Part shown: positions 1 to 10,867 of the stretch, in pieces
Numbering within the stretch: the first letter of the stretch is position 1
Layout of the letters: each line of letters opens with the position of its first letter
Source: Bacteroidales bacterium
GTDB taxonomy: Bacteria; Bacteroidota; Bacteroidia; Bacteroidales; F082
Reading direction: 5' to 3'
DNA: 64,000 nt
Assembly: GCA_035325985.1 (NCBI GenBank)
Contig: DAOKYW010000016.1
Coordinates: forward strand, 4,126 to 68,125
Program-made: the position numbers and the translations under genes
Notes under the pieces: model-generated
Database searches by the model: none
The model's input: the letters and a program-made list of their open reading frames with translations, nothing else
What the model was told of the DNA's origin: nothing

Positions 1-236
1 CCACCCTCGACTCCATGTTGCAGCCCTTTACCGGCCGGACTGCCGATGCCCTTGACTACCGTTGCGGCATCCGGAAAACCAAATTCGGAGGCAGCGAAGC
101 CTACACCCAAAAAGGTTTCTAAGGCAAGCAGGTGGCGTGGCTTCTCGATCAAAAGATTGCCATAGCTGTCATCTACAGCCAGCGCTGGACAAACAAAGGG
201 CAGAGGCACCGTTTTTGGAGAAAACTGTGGCTGCAT
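1..236 (-). CDS. hypothetical protein, partial (3' end runs off the window edge)
   Basis: Not in the ORF track because no stop lies in the window. Reverse-strand ATG at 236, preceded by an in-frame TAA at 297-299. Reads MQPQFSPKTVPLPFVCPALAVDDSYGNLLIEKPRHLLALETFLGVGFAASEFGFPDAATVVKGIGSPAGKGLQHGVEG and stays open to position 1. No family recognised. Confidence 0.3.
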   Translation of the reverse strand, partial: MQPQFSPKTVPLPFVCPALAVDDSYGNLLIEKPRHLLALETFLGVGFAASEFGFPDAATVVKGIGSPAGKGLQHGVEG

Positions 237-689
237 GGACAGATACCGCCAGGCAATAATAGTAGTTACTTCAGCCCCTGCTCTTTCAGGAGCGCTTTAA
301 CGGCATTAAGTCACTTTTCTTTCGGAGTTACAGGAAAATTTGTGAATCAAAAAGAGCGGAATCAACAACAGAAAGCCAAAAGTCTTGTGGAAAAAGCTGA
401 ATAAACTAATTCCGAGAAGGAGTCAAATCTTGCTATTATTCTGAATGGAAAACATTTCAACTTCCTGGCCTCCGACAGAATCTCCAGAACAGTGAATTGC
501 AGCAGGTCATCGCTTTTGATGGCATTAATCTGATGAGCGTTGATTGAGCTTATTTTATCCCAGAGAAAACTTTTCCGTAAGGCTTTGCTTGCAGATCGCC
601 TAATCTGATGCCATGATCACCGGAAGCCCCGCGAATGGTCCAAAGTGATCGGGAATCAAGTCTTTAGTGAAAAAAATCTGAGGCAGGAT

Positions 690-1010
690 TTATAAAAATC
701 CCAGCTCCAGTTTGGCTTCGTCGGAGAGCATGCTTTGGTCCCATGGTGGCTCGAAGGTGAGTTCCACCTCGCAACTGCGCACATCCTTCACCATCTCGAC
801 GCGCATTTTAACATCGCCGGGCAAGGTTTCGGCCACCGGACAACTGGGCGAGGTGAGCGTCATCAGCACCTTGACATCAGCATCTTCACTTACGCTGATT
901 TCATAAACCAAACCCAGATCGTAGATGTTCACGGGTATTTCGGGGTCGAAAACCGTGCGCAACACAGTGACCACGTTTTCCTCTATTTCACGTTTCTGTT
1001 CGGGTGTCAT
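690..1010 (-). CDS. sufT: DUF59/MIP18-type Fe-S cluster assembly protein (SufT-like)
   Basis: 106 aa. DUF59-like core (VFDPEIPVNIYDLGLVY...TLTSPSCPVAETL). Last gene of the suf cluster, 6 nt after sufE. Confidence 0.8.
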   Translation of the reverse strand: MTPEQKREIEENVVTVLRTVFDPEIPVNIYDLGLVYEISVSEDADVKVLMTLTSPSCPVAETLPGDVKMRVEMVKDVRSCEVELTFEPPWDQSMLSDEAKLELGFL

Positions 1011-1016
1011 AAGTTG

Positions 1017-1445
1017 TCAGTTTTTGGCTTTGAGCTGAAACACCTGTGCATAGAGCTTCATCTGTTTGATCATCGAAACAAGGCCGTTCGATCGGGTCGG
1101 CGAAAGGTGCTCGGTGAGTCCGATGGCATCCACAAAATACAGGTCAGTATTCAGAATTTCCTCCGGAGTGCGTCCCGAGAGCACCCTGATAAGCAGGCCA
1201 ATCATCCCTTTGGTGATCACCGCGTCGCTGTCGGCCGAAAAATAAACCTTGCCATCGTCGCGCAGTTCGGCATGCAACCACACACGGCTCTGGCAACCAT
1301 TGATCAGGTGATTATTGGTTTTGTAACGCGGATCGATGGCAGGCGTGTCTTTACCCATTTCGATGAGCAGGTTGTATTTGTCAAGCCAGTCATCATAGGC
1401 CGAAAACTCTTCGATAATCTGCTGCTGTGCAAGTTGCGCACTCAT
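1017..1445 (-). CDS. sufE: SufE-type cysteine desulfuration (sulfur acceptor) protein
   Basis: 142 aa. Active-site region INGCQSRVWLHAE is typical of SufE. Lies downstream of sufS. Confidence 0.85.
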   Translation of the reverse strand: MSAQLAQQQIIEEFSAYDDWLDKYNLLIEMGKDTPAIDPRYKTNNHLINGCQSRVWLHAELRDDGKVYFSADSDAVITKGMIGLLIRVLSGRTPEEILNTDLYFVDAIGLTEHLSPTRSNGLVSMIKQMKLYAQVFQLKAKN

Positions 1446-1532
1446 AGACTGCTATTTTGATACAAAATTACCCTTTCCATGCGTATCAGCAGAATCAATG
1501 CCCATTTCAGCACTCAAATTCCCGATGAATTT

Positions 1533-2765
1533 TTACCTGAGCATGCTGGCCGCCTTGTTCACCGCCGAGGCGAGCTGCACCATTTCGTTTTCGGTATTGT
1601 ACAAGGCCATGGAGGCCCTCACCATACCCGACACCCCAAATTCGTCCATCAAGGGGTGGGCGCAATGATGACCTGTGCGCACCGCAATCCCCATCTTGTC
1701 GAGCAGGGTACCAATATCGTAAGGATGTATTCCGTTGATATTGAACGATATGACAGATTCTTTGCCGGGAGATGTTCCATAAAACTCAATCCCTTCCACC
1801 TGGCTTAGCAACTCATGACCGATGGTCAGGAGTTTCTTTTCGTGGGCGGCAATGGCTTCGTATCCGGTCTTGCTGAGGAAGTTCAGGGCGGTTTCAAGGC
1901 CCAAAACTGCGCCCACATTGGGCGTGCCTGCTTCGAATTTGAATGGCAGCCGGTTGAAAGTGGTGTTTTCGAAGCTTACCCTGTCCACCATCTCACCGCC
2001 AAACTGATAGGGCGGCATGCGTTCGAGCCAGCTTTCGCGTCCGTAAAGCACGCCAACGCCCATGGGGCCATAGGCTTTATGACCTGAAAAAACATAAAAG
2101 TCACAGCCGATGTCCCGCACATCCACCGGCATATGGGCAATGGCCTGCGCGCCATCGACAAGCACAGGAATGCCGAGCTTGTGGGCCATGGCAGTTATCT
2201 CCCTGACCGGGTTCACTGTTCCCAAAACATTGGAAACATGAGCCACAGCAACCAGATCGGGTTGTTCGTCCAGCAATTGTGCAAAGTGCTCCATGTTCAG
2301 GCTTCCATCGGGCAATATTTTGGCCACCAGCAATTTGCCGTTCGTCCGATTTACCCATTGTTGCCATGGAACGAGGTTGCTATGGTGCTCCATGGCGGTT
2401 ATCAGCACTTTAGGACCTTGCTTGTCGAAGAGTTGGCTCAGCGAGTGGGCCACCAGGTTGATGGATTCGGTGGTGCCTCGGGTAAAGATCACTTCGTGGT
2501 GATGGGCTGCACCAATATGTGCTGCCACCGAAGCCCGCGCATTTTCGAAGGCTTTGGTTGAAAGCTGGCTCAGGTAGTGTGCCCCTCGGTGAATGTTGGC
2601 GTTTTCGGCTTCGTAATACTGCATGAGCCTGCTGATGACCGACATGGGTTTTTGGGTGGTTGCCGCATTGTCGAGATATATCAGCGGCTTGCCATACACA
2701 TGCTGATGCAGTGCAGGGAACGACTGTCGCAAAGCATCCACATCGAGCGGCCTGACCATCGGCAT
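1533..2765 (-). CDS. sufS: cysteine desulfurase SufS (class V aminotransferase)
   Basis: 410 aa. PLP-lysine region FSGHKAYGPMG and C-terminal catalytic Cys loop RTGHHCAHPL. Its ATG overlaps the sufD stop. Confidence 0.95.
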   Translation of the reverse strand: MPMVRPLDVDALRQSFPALHQHVYGKPLIYLDNAATTQKPMSVISRLMQYYEAENANIHRGAHYLSQLSTKAFENARASVAAHIGAAHHHEVIFTRGTTESINLVAHSLSQLFDKQGPKVLITAMEHHSNLVPWQQWVNRTNGKLLVAKILPDGSLNMEHFAQLLDEQPDLVAVAHVSNVLGTVNPVREITAMAHKLGIPVLVDGAQAIAHMPVDVRDIGCDFYVFSGHKAYGPMGVGVLYGRESWLERMPPYQFGGEMVDRVSFENTTFNRLPFKFEAGTPNVGAVLGLETALNFLSKTGYEAIAAHEKKLLTIGHELLSQVEGIEFYGTSPGKESVISFNINGIHPYDIGTLLDKMGIAVRTGHHCAHPLMDEFGVSGMVRASMALYNTENEMVQLASAVNKAASMLR

Positions 2766-4186
2766 CAGATTTTACTGTAGTCGATATCGAAATGGTATTC
2801 CTTTTCGGGTGTGCTGCAATGCAGGACACATTTTTCGCACACCGATAGTTCGCCTCGCAGACGTTTTTTAACCATATCGTCGATGCGCAGGCGCAAAGGC
2901 TCAATCTCAATCTCGTTCACAATATCGGCAGCAAACGCATACATCAGCAGCAAGCGGGCATTGGCTCTGCTGATGCCACGGGAACGGAGGTAGAACATGG
3001 CATCCTCGTCGAGCTGTCCGATGGTGGCGCCATGCGAACATTTGACGTCGTCGGCATAAATTTCAAGAAAAGGCATGGTGTCCACCACAGCCGTGGGTTT
3101 GAGCAGGATATTGCGGTTGTTCTGATAAGCGTTTGTTTTCTGCGCATCGCGGGCCACATAGATATAGCCATTGAACACTGCCGTGGCTTCATCGTCGAGT
3201 ATGCCTTTGAACAGCTCGTTGCTGGTGCAGTGGGGTTGATTGTGCATCACCCGGATCTGATTGTCCACATGCTGCTCTTTATCCATCAGATACAGGCCCA
3301 TCAGGTCGGCATGGGCTCCTCGTCCATCGAGAAAGGTTTGCATATTGTTGCGGATAAAGCCGCCATTGAAGGTGAGGGCAACAGTTTTTACGTTGCTGTC
3401 GGCGAGCTGGCGGATAAAGGTACTGTTCACCAGGCCCGATTTGTTGTTCAGGTTTTGCAGCTTATATATTTCGAGACGGGCATTTTCCTGCACCAGCACC
3501 TCGGTTACCGTATTGATCAGGCTGGCATGATGATTTATGGAATCATCGCAGTGCATCAGGCTCAGGTGACTGTTGCGGCCTAAAACGATCAGGTTGCGAT
3601 GCTGTACAAATTGCGGGCCTGACCTATCAATCAGTTTCAGAATTTGCAAGGTTTTTTTAACCTGTACATTTTCAGGCACATAAATGAATACACCATCCTG
3701 AACCAGTGCGGTATTGATGCTCACAAAAGAGTTTTGATCATTGGTGGCGATGGTGCCAAAGTATTGCGCTACCAGATCAGGAAACTGCTTCATCGCAGTG
3801 CGAAAGCCTGATACGATCACGCCTTCGGGGCTCACGTGATAGCCGCCATTGGCATCGAAATACCAGCCATTGAGCACGGAGATGATTTCGGTGTTGAAGT
3901 TATGCACCTCGCAACGAAACATCTCATTCAGGTTTTTGTTCCTTGCATCTTCGCGTTCGAGGCTATGCGAAAAATCCTCTTCCAGCAGGTCGGTGATGCG
4001 CGAGAAGCGCCATTTTTCGAGCTGATTGTGCGGGAAACCGTTCTGTTCAAAATCGGCAAAATGTAGGTCGCGCAGGGCTGTCACCTCCGGAAGATCGTGA
4101 GCTGTGATCAGCCCGCGCTGCTCCCTGAACTGCTGCATCAGCAGCTCATCAAGCGGAAGGGTATGTTGTTCGGTCGTTTGTGCCAT
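2765..4186 (-). CDS. sufD: Fe-S cluster assembly protein SufD
   Basis: SufB/SufD family beta-helix region, located between sufC and sufS. Start trimmed to ATG at 4186 (MAQTTEQH), 20 nt after the sufC stop; the track's longer start would overlap sufC. Confidence 0.9.
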   Translation of the reverse strand: MAQTTEQHTLPLDELLMQQFREQRGLITAHDLPEVTALRDLHFADFEQNGFPHNQLEKWRFSRITDLLEEDFSHSLEREDARNKNLNEMFRCEVHNFNTEIISVLNGWYFDANGGYHVSPEGVIVSGFRTAMKQFPDLVAQYFGTIATNDQNSFVSINTALVQDGVFIYVPENVQVKKTLQILKLIDRSGPQFVQHRNLIVLGRNSHLSLMHCDDSINHHASLINTVTEVLVQENARLEIYKLQNLNNKSGLVNSTFIRQLADSNVKTVALTFNGGFIRNNMQTFLDGRGAHADLMGLYLMDKEQHVDNQIRVMHNQPHCTSNELFKGILDDEATAVFNGYIYVARDAQKTNAYQNNRNILLKPTAVVDTMPFLEIYADDVKCSHGATIGQLDEDAMFYLRSRGISRANARLLLMYAFAADIVNEIEIEPLRLRIDDMVKKRLRGELSVCEKCVLHCSTPEKEYHFDIDYSKI

Positions 4187-4206
4187 TGGATTGGTTTTAG
4201 GTCGTT

Positions 4207-4962
4207 TCAGACGAGGCTGTAATCCTTGAGCCATTCGTAACCCTTTTCTTCGAGCTCGATGGCCAGGTTTTTACCGCCGGATTTCACGATGCGGCCGTCG
4301 TAAAGCACGTGCACAAAATCGGGCACGATGTAGTCGAGCAGGCGCTGATAATGGGTAATGATCAGGAAAGCATTCTGATCCGAGCGAAGCTGATTCACTC
4401 CACGCGCCACAATTTTCAGGGCGTCGATGTCAAGCCCTGAGTCGGTTTCGTCGAGTATGGCCAAAGTGGGTTCGAGCATGGCCATCTGAAAGATTTCGTT
4501 GCGTTTTTTCTCGCCACCCGAAAAGCCTTCGTTCACCGAGCGGTTGGTGAGCTTTGCATGCATATCAACCAGTTTTTTCTTTTCATCCATCAGCTTCAGG
4601 AAATCGCCTGCGCTGATAGGCTGCTGGCCGTTGTATTCCCGTTTGGCGTTAATGGCAGTACGCATGAAGTTGGTCATGCTCACCCCGGGAATCTCTACCG
4701 GATACTGAAAGCTGAGGAAAATGCCTTTGTTGGCACGCTCGTCTGGTTCGAGTTCAATGATATTTTCGCCCTTGTACCATATTTCGCCTTCGGTAATTTC
4801 GTAGCCTTCGCGGCCGGTGATGGCTGCGGCCAGGGTGCTTTTGCCGGTTCCGTTAGGCCCCATGATAGCGTGCACTTCGCCATAGTTGATACCCAGATTC
4901 AGGCCTTTGATGATTTCTTTGCCATCGATGGCCACATGCAGGTTTTTTATGTTGAGCAGCAT
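4207..4962 (-). CDS. sufC: Fe-S cluster assembly ATPase SufC
   Basis: 251 aa. Walker A GPNGTGKST, ABC signature FSGGEKKR, Walker B LAILDETDSGLD. Confidence 0.97.
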   Translation of the reverse strand: MLLNIKNLHVAIDGKEIIKGLNLGINYGEVHAIMGPNGTGKSTLAAAITGREGYEITEGEIWYKGENIIELEPDERANKGIFLSFQYPVEIPGVSMTNFMRTAINAKREYNGQQPISAGDFLKLMDEKKKLVDMHAKLTNRSVNEGFSGGEKKRNEIFQMAMLEPTLAILDETDSGLDIDALKIVARGVNQLRSDQNAFLIITHYQRLLDYIVPDFVHVLYDGRIVKSGGKNLAIELEEKGYEWLKDYSLV

Positions 4963-5011
4963 GATATGATTGTTTATTGTTCTTTTTCAGTTATTGACAA
5001 TTAACTAAGGT

Positions 5012-6460
5012 TTATCCTACGCTTCCTTCGAGCGAGATACTGAGCAGTTTCTGGGCCTCGACGGCAAATTCCATAGGCAGTTTGTTCAGCACTTCCTTGG
5101 CATAACCATTCACGATGAGGCCGATGGCCTTTTCGGTGTCGATGCCGCGCTGGTTGCAATAGAACAGCTGGTCTTCGCTGATCTTTGAGGTAGTGGCTTC
5201 GTGTTCCACTATACTCGATTCGTTCTTGGCCTCGATGTAAGGAAAGGTATGAGCACCACATTGATCGCCCAGCAAGAGCGAGTCGCATTGCGAAAAATTG
5301 CGGGCATTGGAAGCACCCGGCAAGATTTTGACAAGTCCACGGTAGCTGTTGTTGCTTTTACCGGCCGAGATGCCCTTACTGATGATGGTGCTGCGGGTAT
5401 TTTTGCCGATGTGTATCATTTTGGTTCCGGTGTCGGCCTGCTGAAAATGATTGGTTACGGCAACGGAGTAGAACTCGCCCACCGAGTTGTCGCCCATCAG
5501 CACACAGCTGGGGTACTTCCAGGTGATGGCCGATCCGGTTTCGACCTGTGTCCATGATATCTTGGAGTTGCGACCTTTGCACAGGCCGCGCTTGGTGACA
5601 AAATTATAGACGCCGCCGTTTCCGTCCTTATCGCCCGGATACCAGTTCTGTACGGTGCTGTATTTCACTTCGGCGCTGTCGAGCGTAATGATTTCCACGA
5701 TGGCAGCATGCAGCTGGTTCTCGTCGCGCATTGGGGCGGTGCAACCTTCCATATAGCTCACATAACTGCCCTCGTCGGCCACAATGAGGGTTCGCTCAAA
5801 CTGCCCAGTATTGGCCGCATTGATGCGGAAATAGGTGCTCAGCTCCAACGGACAACGTACACCTTTGGGGATGTAGGCAAAAGAGCCATCGGAGAATACA
5901 GCTGAGTTTAGCGCCGCAAAAAAGTTGTCGGTATAGGGTACCACCGTGCCCATATATTTGCGCACCAGCTCGGGATGGTTGCGCACTGCCTCGCTGAAAC
6001 TGCAAAAAATGATGCCATGTTTGGCCAGTGTATCCTGAAATGTGGTCTTGACAGATACGCTGTCGATAACCGCATCCACAGCCACACCGGTCAGGCGTTT
6101 CTGCTCTTCGAGCGAGATGCCCAGTTTGTTGAAGGTCTCGAGCAACTCGGGATCCACCTCATCAAGGCTTTGCAATTCCTTTTTGGGCTTGGGCGCGGCA
6201 TAGTAGTAGGCATCCTGATAATTGATTTTGGGATAGTGCAGATGTGCCCATTCAGGCTCAGGCATCTGCTTCCAGTGACGGAAAGCCTTCAGGCGGAATT
6301 CGAGCATCCATTCGGGCTCTTCCTTCTTTGCCGAGATAAACCGGATAGTATTTTCGTCGAGGCCTTTGGGAGCAAATTCAGTATCTATATCGGTGTAGAA
6401 GCCGTATTTATATTCGCTTTGCGTGACTTGTTCCAGAATTTCGTTGCTGTCGGTAGCCAT
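5012..6460 (-). CDS. sufB: Fe-S cluster assembly scaffold SufB
   Basis: 482 aa, SufB-like throughout. First gene of the operon. Confidence 0.96.
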   Translation of the reverse strand: MATDSNEILEQVTQSEYKYGFYTDIDTEFAPKGLDENTIRFISAKKEEPEWMLEFRLKAFRHWKQMPEPEWAHLHYPKINYQDAYYYAAPKPKKELQSLDEVDPELLETFNKLGISLEEQKRLTGVAVDAVIDSVSVKTTFQDTLAKHGIIFCSFSEAVRNHPELVRKYMGTVVPYTDNFFAALNSAVFSDGSFAYIPKGVRCPLELSTYFRINAANTGQFERTLIVADEGSYVSYMEGCTAPMRDENQLHAAIVEIITLDSAEVKYSTVQNWYPGDKDGNGGVYNFVTKRGLCKGRNSKISWTQVETGSAITWKYPSCVLMGDNSVGEFYSVAVTNHFQQADTGTKMIHIGKNTRSTIISKGISAGKSNNSYRGLVKILPGASNARNFSQCDSLLLGDQCGAHTFPYIEAKNESSIVEHEATTSKISEDQLFYCNQRGIDTEKAIGLIVNGYAKEVLNKLPMEFAVEAQKLLSISLEGSVG

Positions 6461-6497
6461 GGTTCAGCTTATTTAGAATGTTTTTAAATAAAGTTTA

Positions 6498-6505
6498 CAA
6501 AGATA
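6498..6505 (-). promoter_or_regulatory. candidate Bacteroidota -7 box (TATCTTTG) for the suf operon
   Basis: Matches TAnnTTTG on the minus strand, 38 nt upstream of the sufB ATG. Confidence 0.4.
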
Positions 6506-6589
6506 GTCTTTTCAACGCTTCGAGGCTGTTAACATCTGCTAAAACGTTAAGCCGGCGGCATATGTTCATCGCCATCCAACCATTGGGAT

Positions 6590-7867
6590 TCAGGCATATG
6601 GGTCAGCGTTTCTGGCTGATGAACCGGCCTCCTGCGCCACCTTCACCACCTTGTAAACCTTATCACCGGTACGCACCTGTTCCGGTACAGGTATGGAACA
6701 GCGCTCGCCCTTAACGGTTTTCTCCACCGGGCTGAGCTCAACACGGATTTCGCTGGGCGAGGATTCAATTACGCCGGTTGTAGGCCCGATGATATAAACC
6801 TTGTCACCCACGCACAGTTCGTGACTGTCCATACGCACTTCAGCCACGCCTATCCGCGCAAAATAATTCTCGATGCGCCCTACATATATCTTTCTTTCAG
6901 TGGCTTCGCTGCCATGGGTTGCCGACCATTCGCCCGTTTTTCTGCCCAGATAATAGCCGTCCCAAAAACCACGGTTGTACACCGACGAGAGTCGGGCATT
7001 CCAATGTGCCACGCGTTCGGGATTATAATCGCCTTGCTGAATGGCCGCTACGGCTTCGCGATAAACCTCTGTGACCACTTTGACATATTCCGGCGCACGT
7101 CCACGGCCTTCAATCTTGAGCACCTGTACACCTGCATCCAGAATTTTGTCGAGAAAGCCGATGGTATTCAAGTCCTTGGGCGACATGATGTATTCGTTCT
7201 CTACTTCCAGTTCCACTTCGTTGTCGCGGTCGCGCACGGTGTAGCCGCGACGGCAGGGCTGAAGACAGGCGCCGCGGTTGGCCGAAGAACCAAGGTTGTC
7301 GAGGCTCAGATAGCACTTACCCGAAACGGCCATACATAAGGCTCCGTGGACGAATATCTCGATGCGCACCAGTTCGCCCGATGGACCTTTAATCTGTTGT
7401 TTTTCGATGTTTTGCGTAATCGCCTTCACCTGATCCAGGTTCAACTCTCGGGCCATGACCATCACATCGGCGAAGCGCGACCAGAATCGTACGGCTTCGG
7501 TATTGGTGATATTGGTTTGGGTGGACATATGCACCGGCATGCCAAGGCTGTGCACATAGTGAATAACTGCAAGGTCGGATGCAATGATGGCGCTGATGCC
7601 GGCGTCTTTTGCCCTATGGGCCAGTTCGCGCATTTGGGCCAACTCCTCGTCAAAAATCACACTATTCAGCGTCAGGTAGGTGCGCACATCCCTTTCGCCA
7701 CACAGGTTCGCAATTTCGTCCAGATCGTCCAGCCCGAAGTTTTGCGTGGAACGCGAGCGCATATTGAGCTTGCCAACTCCAAAATAAACTGACCCAGCCC
7801 CGGCCTGCAGGGCAGCCATGAGCGACTCGCGCGAGCCCACAGGCGACATGATTTCGATGGCTTTCAT
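6590..7867 (-). CDS. peptidase U32 family protein
   Basis: N-terminus MKAIEIMSPVGSRESLMAALQAGAGSVYFG is typical of U32 (collagenase-like) proteins. Start trimmed from 8014 to ATG 7867. TACCTTTG lies at 7872-7879, 4 nt upstream. Confidence 0.85.
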   Translation of the reverse strand: MKAIEIMSPVGSRESLMAALQAGAGSVYFGVGKLNMRSRSTQNFGLDDLDEIANLCGERDVRTYLTLNSVIFDEELAQMRELAHRAKDAGISAIIASDLAVIHYVHSLGMPVHMSTQTNITNTEAVRFWSRFADVMVMARELNLDQVKAITQNIEKQQIKGPSGELVRIEIFVHGALCMAVSGKCYLSLDNLGSSANRGACLQPCRRGYTVRDRDNEVELEVENEYIMSPKDLNTIGFLDKILDAGVQVLKIEGRGRAPEYVKVVTEVYREAVAAIQQGDYNPERVAHWNARLSSVYNRGFWDGYYLGRKTGEWSATHGSEATERKIYVGRIENYFARIGVAEVRMDSHELCVGDKVYIIGPTTGVIESSPSEIRVELSPVEKTVKGERCSIPVPEQVRTGDKVYKVVKVAQEAGSSARNADPYA

Positions 7868-8410
7868 GCCGCAAAGGTACGATTTACGGCCTTTTCGAAG
7901 CATGCCCGACAACCCGGAAGCTTGCCCTGCGGTTTGCAACAACCCACCAATCAGGCATGAGTTCTTTGGCTGACCCACAATGCAAAATTTATTTTGCCGA
8001 ACCTGGAAATTCACGCGTTTGCAGGAGCTTTTAGAGTTTATCAGGGAGATGCTTTCATGCCTCCTGATGTATTGTTCTTGTCAAATGATAATAAGACCCG
8101 GATAGGCATTCAACAGGTATTATGTATTCAATATGCCTCATCCGAAAGCATGATATGAACCCTATTCAAATGTTCCCCGAAAAGCAATCAGGCTTTGACT
8201 TCTGATGTAAATAGGCATTCCTGACCAGATTGTGATTTTGCGCAGAGAATTGTTGATGCGTGCCTGCTTGACAAAAGCTTAGTTGTAGCTCAGCTCCCGC
8301 TATCAAAAAGATGTGATGTTAATGTTTCCAACTTTCTGCCAAGGAATCAGGCGGCCTCTTTTAGCCGGTTTTTCAGCAATGGTTTGGTGCAGGTGAAGCC
8401 TGAATCGGCT

Positions 8411-8983
8411 TTATTTTTCGGGGTATTTATTGAATGAGACCACTGCATCAAAGCTTTTGCGCACTTTTTCGCGCACGGGATAACCGGCCGGTGGATAGCC
8501 CAGGGTGATGATCAGTCCGACGCTTTTGCTTTCAGGTATCTGCAGCAGTTGCTTCACTTTTGGTTCGTCGAACCAGCCGATCATACAGCTGCCCAGCCCC
8601 AGGGCTTCGGCCTGCAGGCAGAGCTGTATGGCAGCAATCCCAATATCGATGAGGGGATAATCCTTGCTTTTGATGCGACCGCCAAGCTCGGTGATGGTTT
8701 TAGGCTTTTCGAGCACAATGGTAATGATGACCGGTGCCTGTGTGACAAAGCGGTTGAAAGTGCCCAGCGGACCACGGCAGGCTTCGCCGAGGGCTTTGAC
8801 AAGATTGGGCTCATTGGCCACCACAAATGTCCATGGTTGCGAATTGCTGGCCGATGGTGCCAGACGGGCTGCCTCGAGGCACAGATGCAGCTTGCTGGTT
8901 TCAACAGGTGTGTTTGTATATCGCCTTACGCTTTGCCGTTTTTTCAGCAAGCTGAAAAAATCCTGCATATCCTGGTTAATCAT
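8411..8983 (-). CDS. nitroreductase family protein
   Basis: RQSVRRYT...APSASNSQPW motif region of the FMN nitroreductase fold. Start trimmed to ATG 8983 (MINQDMQ), 5 nt after the upstream gene's stop. Confidence 0.8.
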   Translation of the reverse strand: MINQDMQDFFSLLKKRQSVRRYTNTPVETSKLHLCLEAARLAPSASNSQPWTFVVANEPNLVKALGEACRGPLGTFNRFVTQAPVIITIVLEKPKTITELGGRIKSKDYPLIDIGIAAIQLCLQAEALGLGSCMIGWFDEPKVKQLLQIPESKSVGLIITLGYPPAGYPVREKVRKSFDAVVSFNKYPEK

Positions 8984-8987
8984 GGCA

Positions 8988-9497
8988 TCAATGGGATTGA
9001 AGTCGTGTGCATCCAATCTTTTGGAACGAAAACTCCTTTGGCTTGTTGCCGGCCATGTTTTCGGTGCGGGCAAAAAGCAGGGTGTCGGTTTCGAGCCTGT
9101 AAATGATTCTGTTGGGATAATCATGGTCCGGGTTTTCGAACACCATAGCATCGGTGGCATCGGTCATGCGGAAGGGTATGGCGCGGCCTTCGTTTTGATT
9201 GACAGGCGATGCCCAATAGGTCCAGCTGCCACTGCGCAGGCTCAGTTCCATGCTTTCGATGAGCAGGGTATCGTGGCCGTTGACGCTGAACGACCGGCCT
9301 AAGAGGGTGCTGTCGTCGGGAAGCCACCACTCCTCGAAGAGCCTGACATTGCCTGTTGATTCCCACAAGCCCGGAAGCAGATGCGGATGTTGTGGCATGG
9401 CCACGGGCCTATGGTTGCACGAAGCAGAGCGTAGGCATATCAGGACTGCTGACAAGACGATCAGCGAACAAAGCCTGCTCATCGACAAGGGCATCAC
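8988..9497 (-). CDS. hypothetical exported protein (possibly DUF6265-like)
   Basis: 169 aa. N-terminal signal-like hydrophobic segment. The ENPDHDYPNRIIY motif resembles DUF6265 family members. Its ATG overlaps the pgi stop (ATGA). Confidence 0.5.
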   Translation of the reverse strand: MMPLSMSRLCSLIVLSAVLICLRSASCNHRPVAMPQHPHLLPGLWESTGNVRLFEEWWLPDDSTLLGRSFSVNGHDTLLIESMELSLRSGSWTYWASPVNQNEGRAIPFRMTDATDAMVFENPDHDYPNRIIYRLETDTLLFARTENMAGNKPKEFSFQKIGCTRLQSH

Positions 9498-10843
9498 AAT
9501 CCCAGACGTTTGCGCAGGGCGACGGTTTGTTCTTCGAATCCCTTCTTGCCAAGCAAGGCAAACATATTCTTTTTGTAGGCCTCAACACCGGGCTGGTCGA
9601 AGGGATTCACGCCCAGCATATACCCGCTAAGCGCGCAGCCCATCTCGAAGAAATAAATAAGCTGGCCGATGTTGTAGGCATTGATTTCGGGAATTTTGAT
9701 GCGGATATTGGGCACACCACCATCCACATGGGCCAGGATGGTTCCCAGCTCGGCCATGCGGTTCACCTCGTGCAGAGGCTTTCCGGCTATGTAATTAAGC
9801 TGGTCGAGGTCGGTCGAAGCATCAGGAACTGTTAAAGTTCTTTGTGGCTTTTCGACCGAGATGATGGTTTCGAACATTATGCGCAATCCTTCCTGAATGT
9901 ACTGTCCTAGCGAATGCAGGTCGGTGGTAAAGCTGACGCCTGCCGGAAAAATTCCTTTGTTTTCCTTGCCTTCGCTCTCACCGTAGAGCTGCTTGAACCA
10001 TTCGGTAAAATAGAACAGGCGCGGCTCGTAGTTGACCATTACTTCTACGGTTTTTCCGGCCTGATACAAGGCCTGACGGGCAGCAGCATACATAGCAATA
10101 GGATTGCCATGGATATTACTTGCTGCCCTACTATAGTTTTCCACCATGCGTGCACCTTCGACCATCGCCTTGATGTCGGCACCGGCCACGGCAACCGGCA
10201 AAAGGCCCACAGGTGTGAGCACCGAGTAGCGTCCGCCCACATCGTCGGGCACCACATAAGTTATATAACCCTCGCTGTCAGCCAGTTGCTTCAATGCGCC
10301 GCGGCTCTTGTCGGTAATGGCCACGATGCGTTTCCTGGCTTCGGTCAGACCATATTTCTGCTCAATATGTGCTTTGAGAATACGGAATGCAATGGCAGGT
10401 TCGGTGGTAGTACCACTTTTCGAAATCACAGCCATGCTATACTCTTTCCTGTCGAGCAATTCGAGCAGGTCGGCCATATAATCCTCGCTGATGTTCTGCC
10501 CGGCATAAACCACCAAAGGCTTACCTCCTGTGAATCCCTGACCTGCAAAATGATGCTGAAGGGCCTCGATAACTGCCCGGGCACCCAGATACGATCCGCC
10601 AATACCCACCACTACAAACACTTCCGACTTAGCCTGAAGCTCACGGGCATGGGCGTTCAGATCTTCCAGAAAATCATCGCTGATAGCCGATGGCAGGTCA
10701 ACCCACCCGAGAAAATCATTACCCGGGCCGGTTTTATGATAAATGTGCCTGTAGGCGCTTGCCACTGATTTTTCAAACGACAGAATATTATCCTTTGGGA
10801 TAAAACCATATACCTGTTCGAGATCGAGCTTGATTTGCAGCAT
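9494..10843 (-). CDS. pgi: glucose-6-phosphate isomerase
   Basis: 449 aa. Short-form PGI with SIS domains (IGGSYLGARAV, GGRYSVLT). Confidence 0.95.
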   Translation of the reverse strand: MLQIKLDLEQVYGFIPKDNILSFEKSVASAYRHIYHKTGPGNDFLGWVDLPSAISDDFLEDLNAHARELQAKSEVFVVVGIGGSYLGARAVIEALQHHFAGQGFTGGKPLVVYAGQNISEDYMADLLELLDRKEYSMAVISKSGTTTEPAIAFRILKAHIEQKYGLTEARKRIVAITDKSRGALKQLADSEGYITYVVPDDVGGRYSVLTPVGLLPVAVAGADIKAMVEGARMVENYSRAASNIHGNPIAMYAAARQALYQAGKTVEVMVNYEPRLFYFTEWFKQLYGESEGKENKGIFPAGVSFTTDLHSLGQYIQEGLRIMFETIISVEKPQRTLTVPDASTDLDQLNYIAGKPLHEVNRMAELGTILAHVDGGVPNIRIKIPEINAYNIGQLIYFFEMGCALSGYMLGVNPFDQPGVEAYKKNMFALLGKKGFEEQTVALRKRLGL

Positions 10844-10867
10844 GTTAAAGATGTTTTTGTACTAAGG

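Noticed and set aside
362-616. 83-codon stop-free frame on the minus strand in the 390-bp gap downstream of the suf operon
   Set aside because: It contains no ATG or GTG start and has no recognisable family. An open frame of this length is not rare by chance across six frames. It could be a gene remnant, but that is unsupported.
735-1460. 241-aa plus-strand ORF across the sufT and sufE genes
   Set aside because: It is antisense to two recognisable suf genes and bridges their intergenic gap.
7868-8014. N-terminal extensions proposed by the ORF track, here for the U32 peptidase. The same issue arises at 8984-9160, 16958-17074, 24233-24304, 38625-38825, 40147-40176 and 53277-53321.
   Set aside because: The family-typical N-terminus begins at an internal ATG in each case. 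The extensions overlap the upstream gene or a promoter box and have non-protein-like composition.
8283-8294. GTTGTAGCTCAGC, which resembles a tRNA acceptor/D-arm start
   Set aside because: No T-loop (GTTCGAATC-like) or matching acceptor 3' half occurs within the next 80 nt on either strand.
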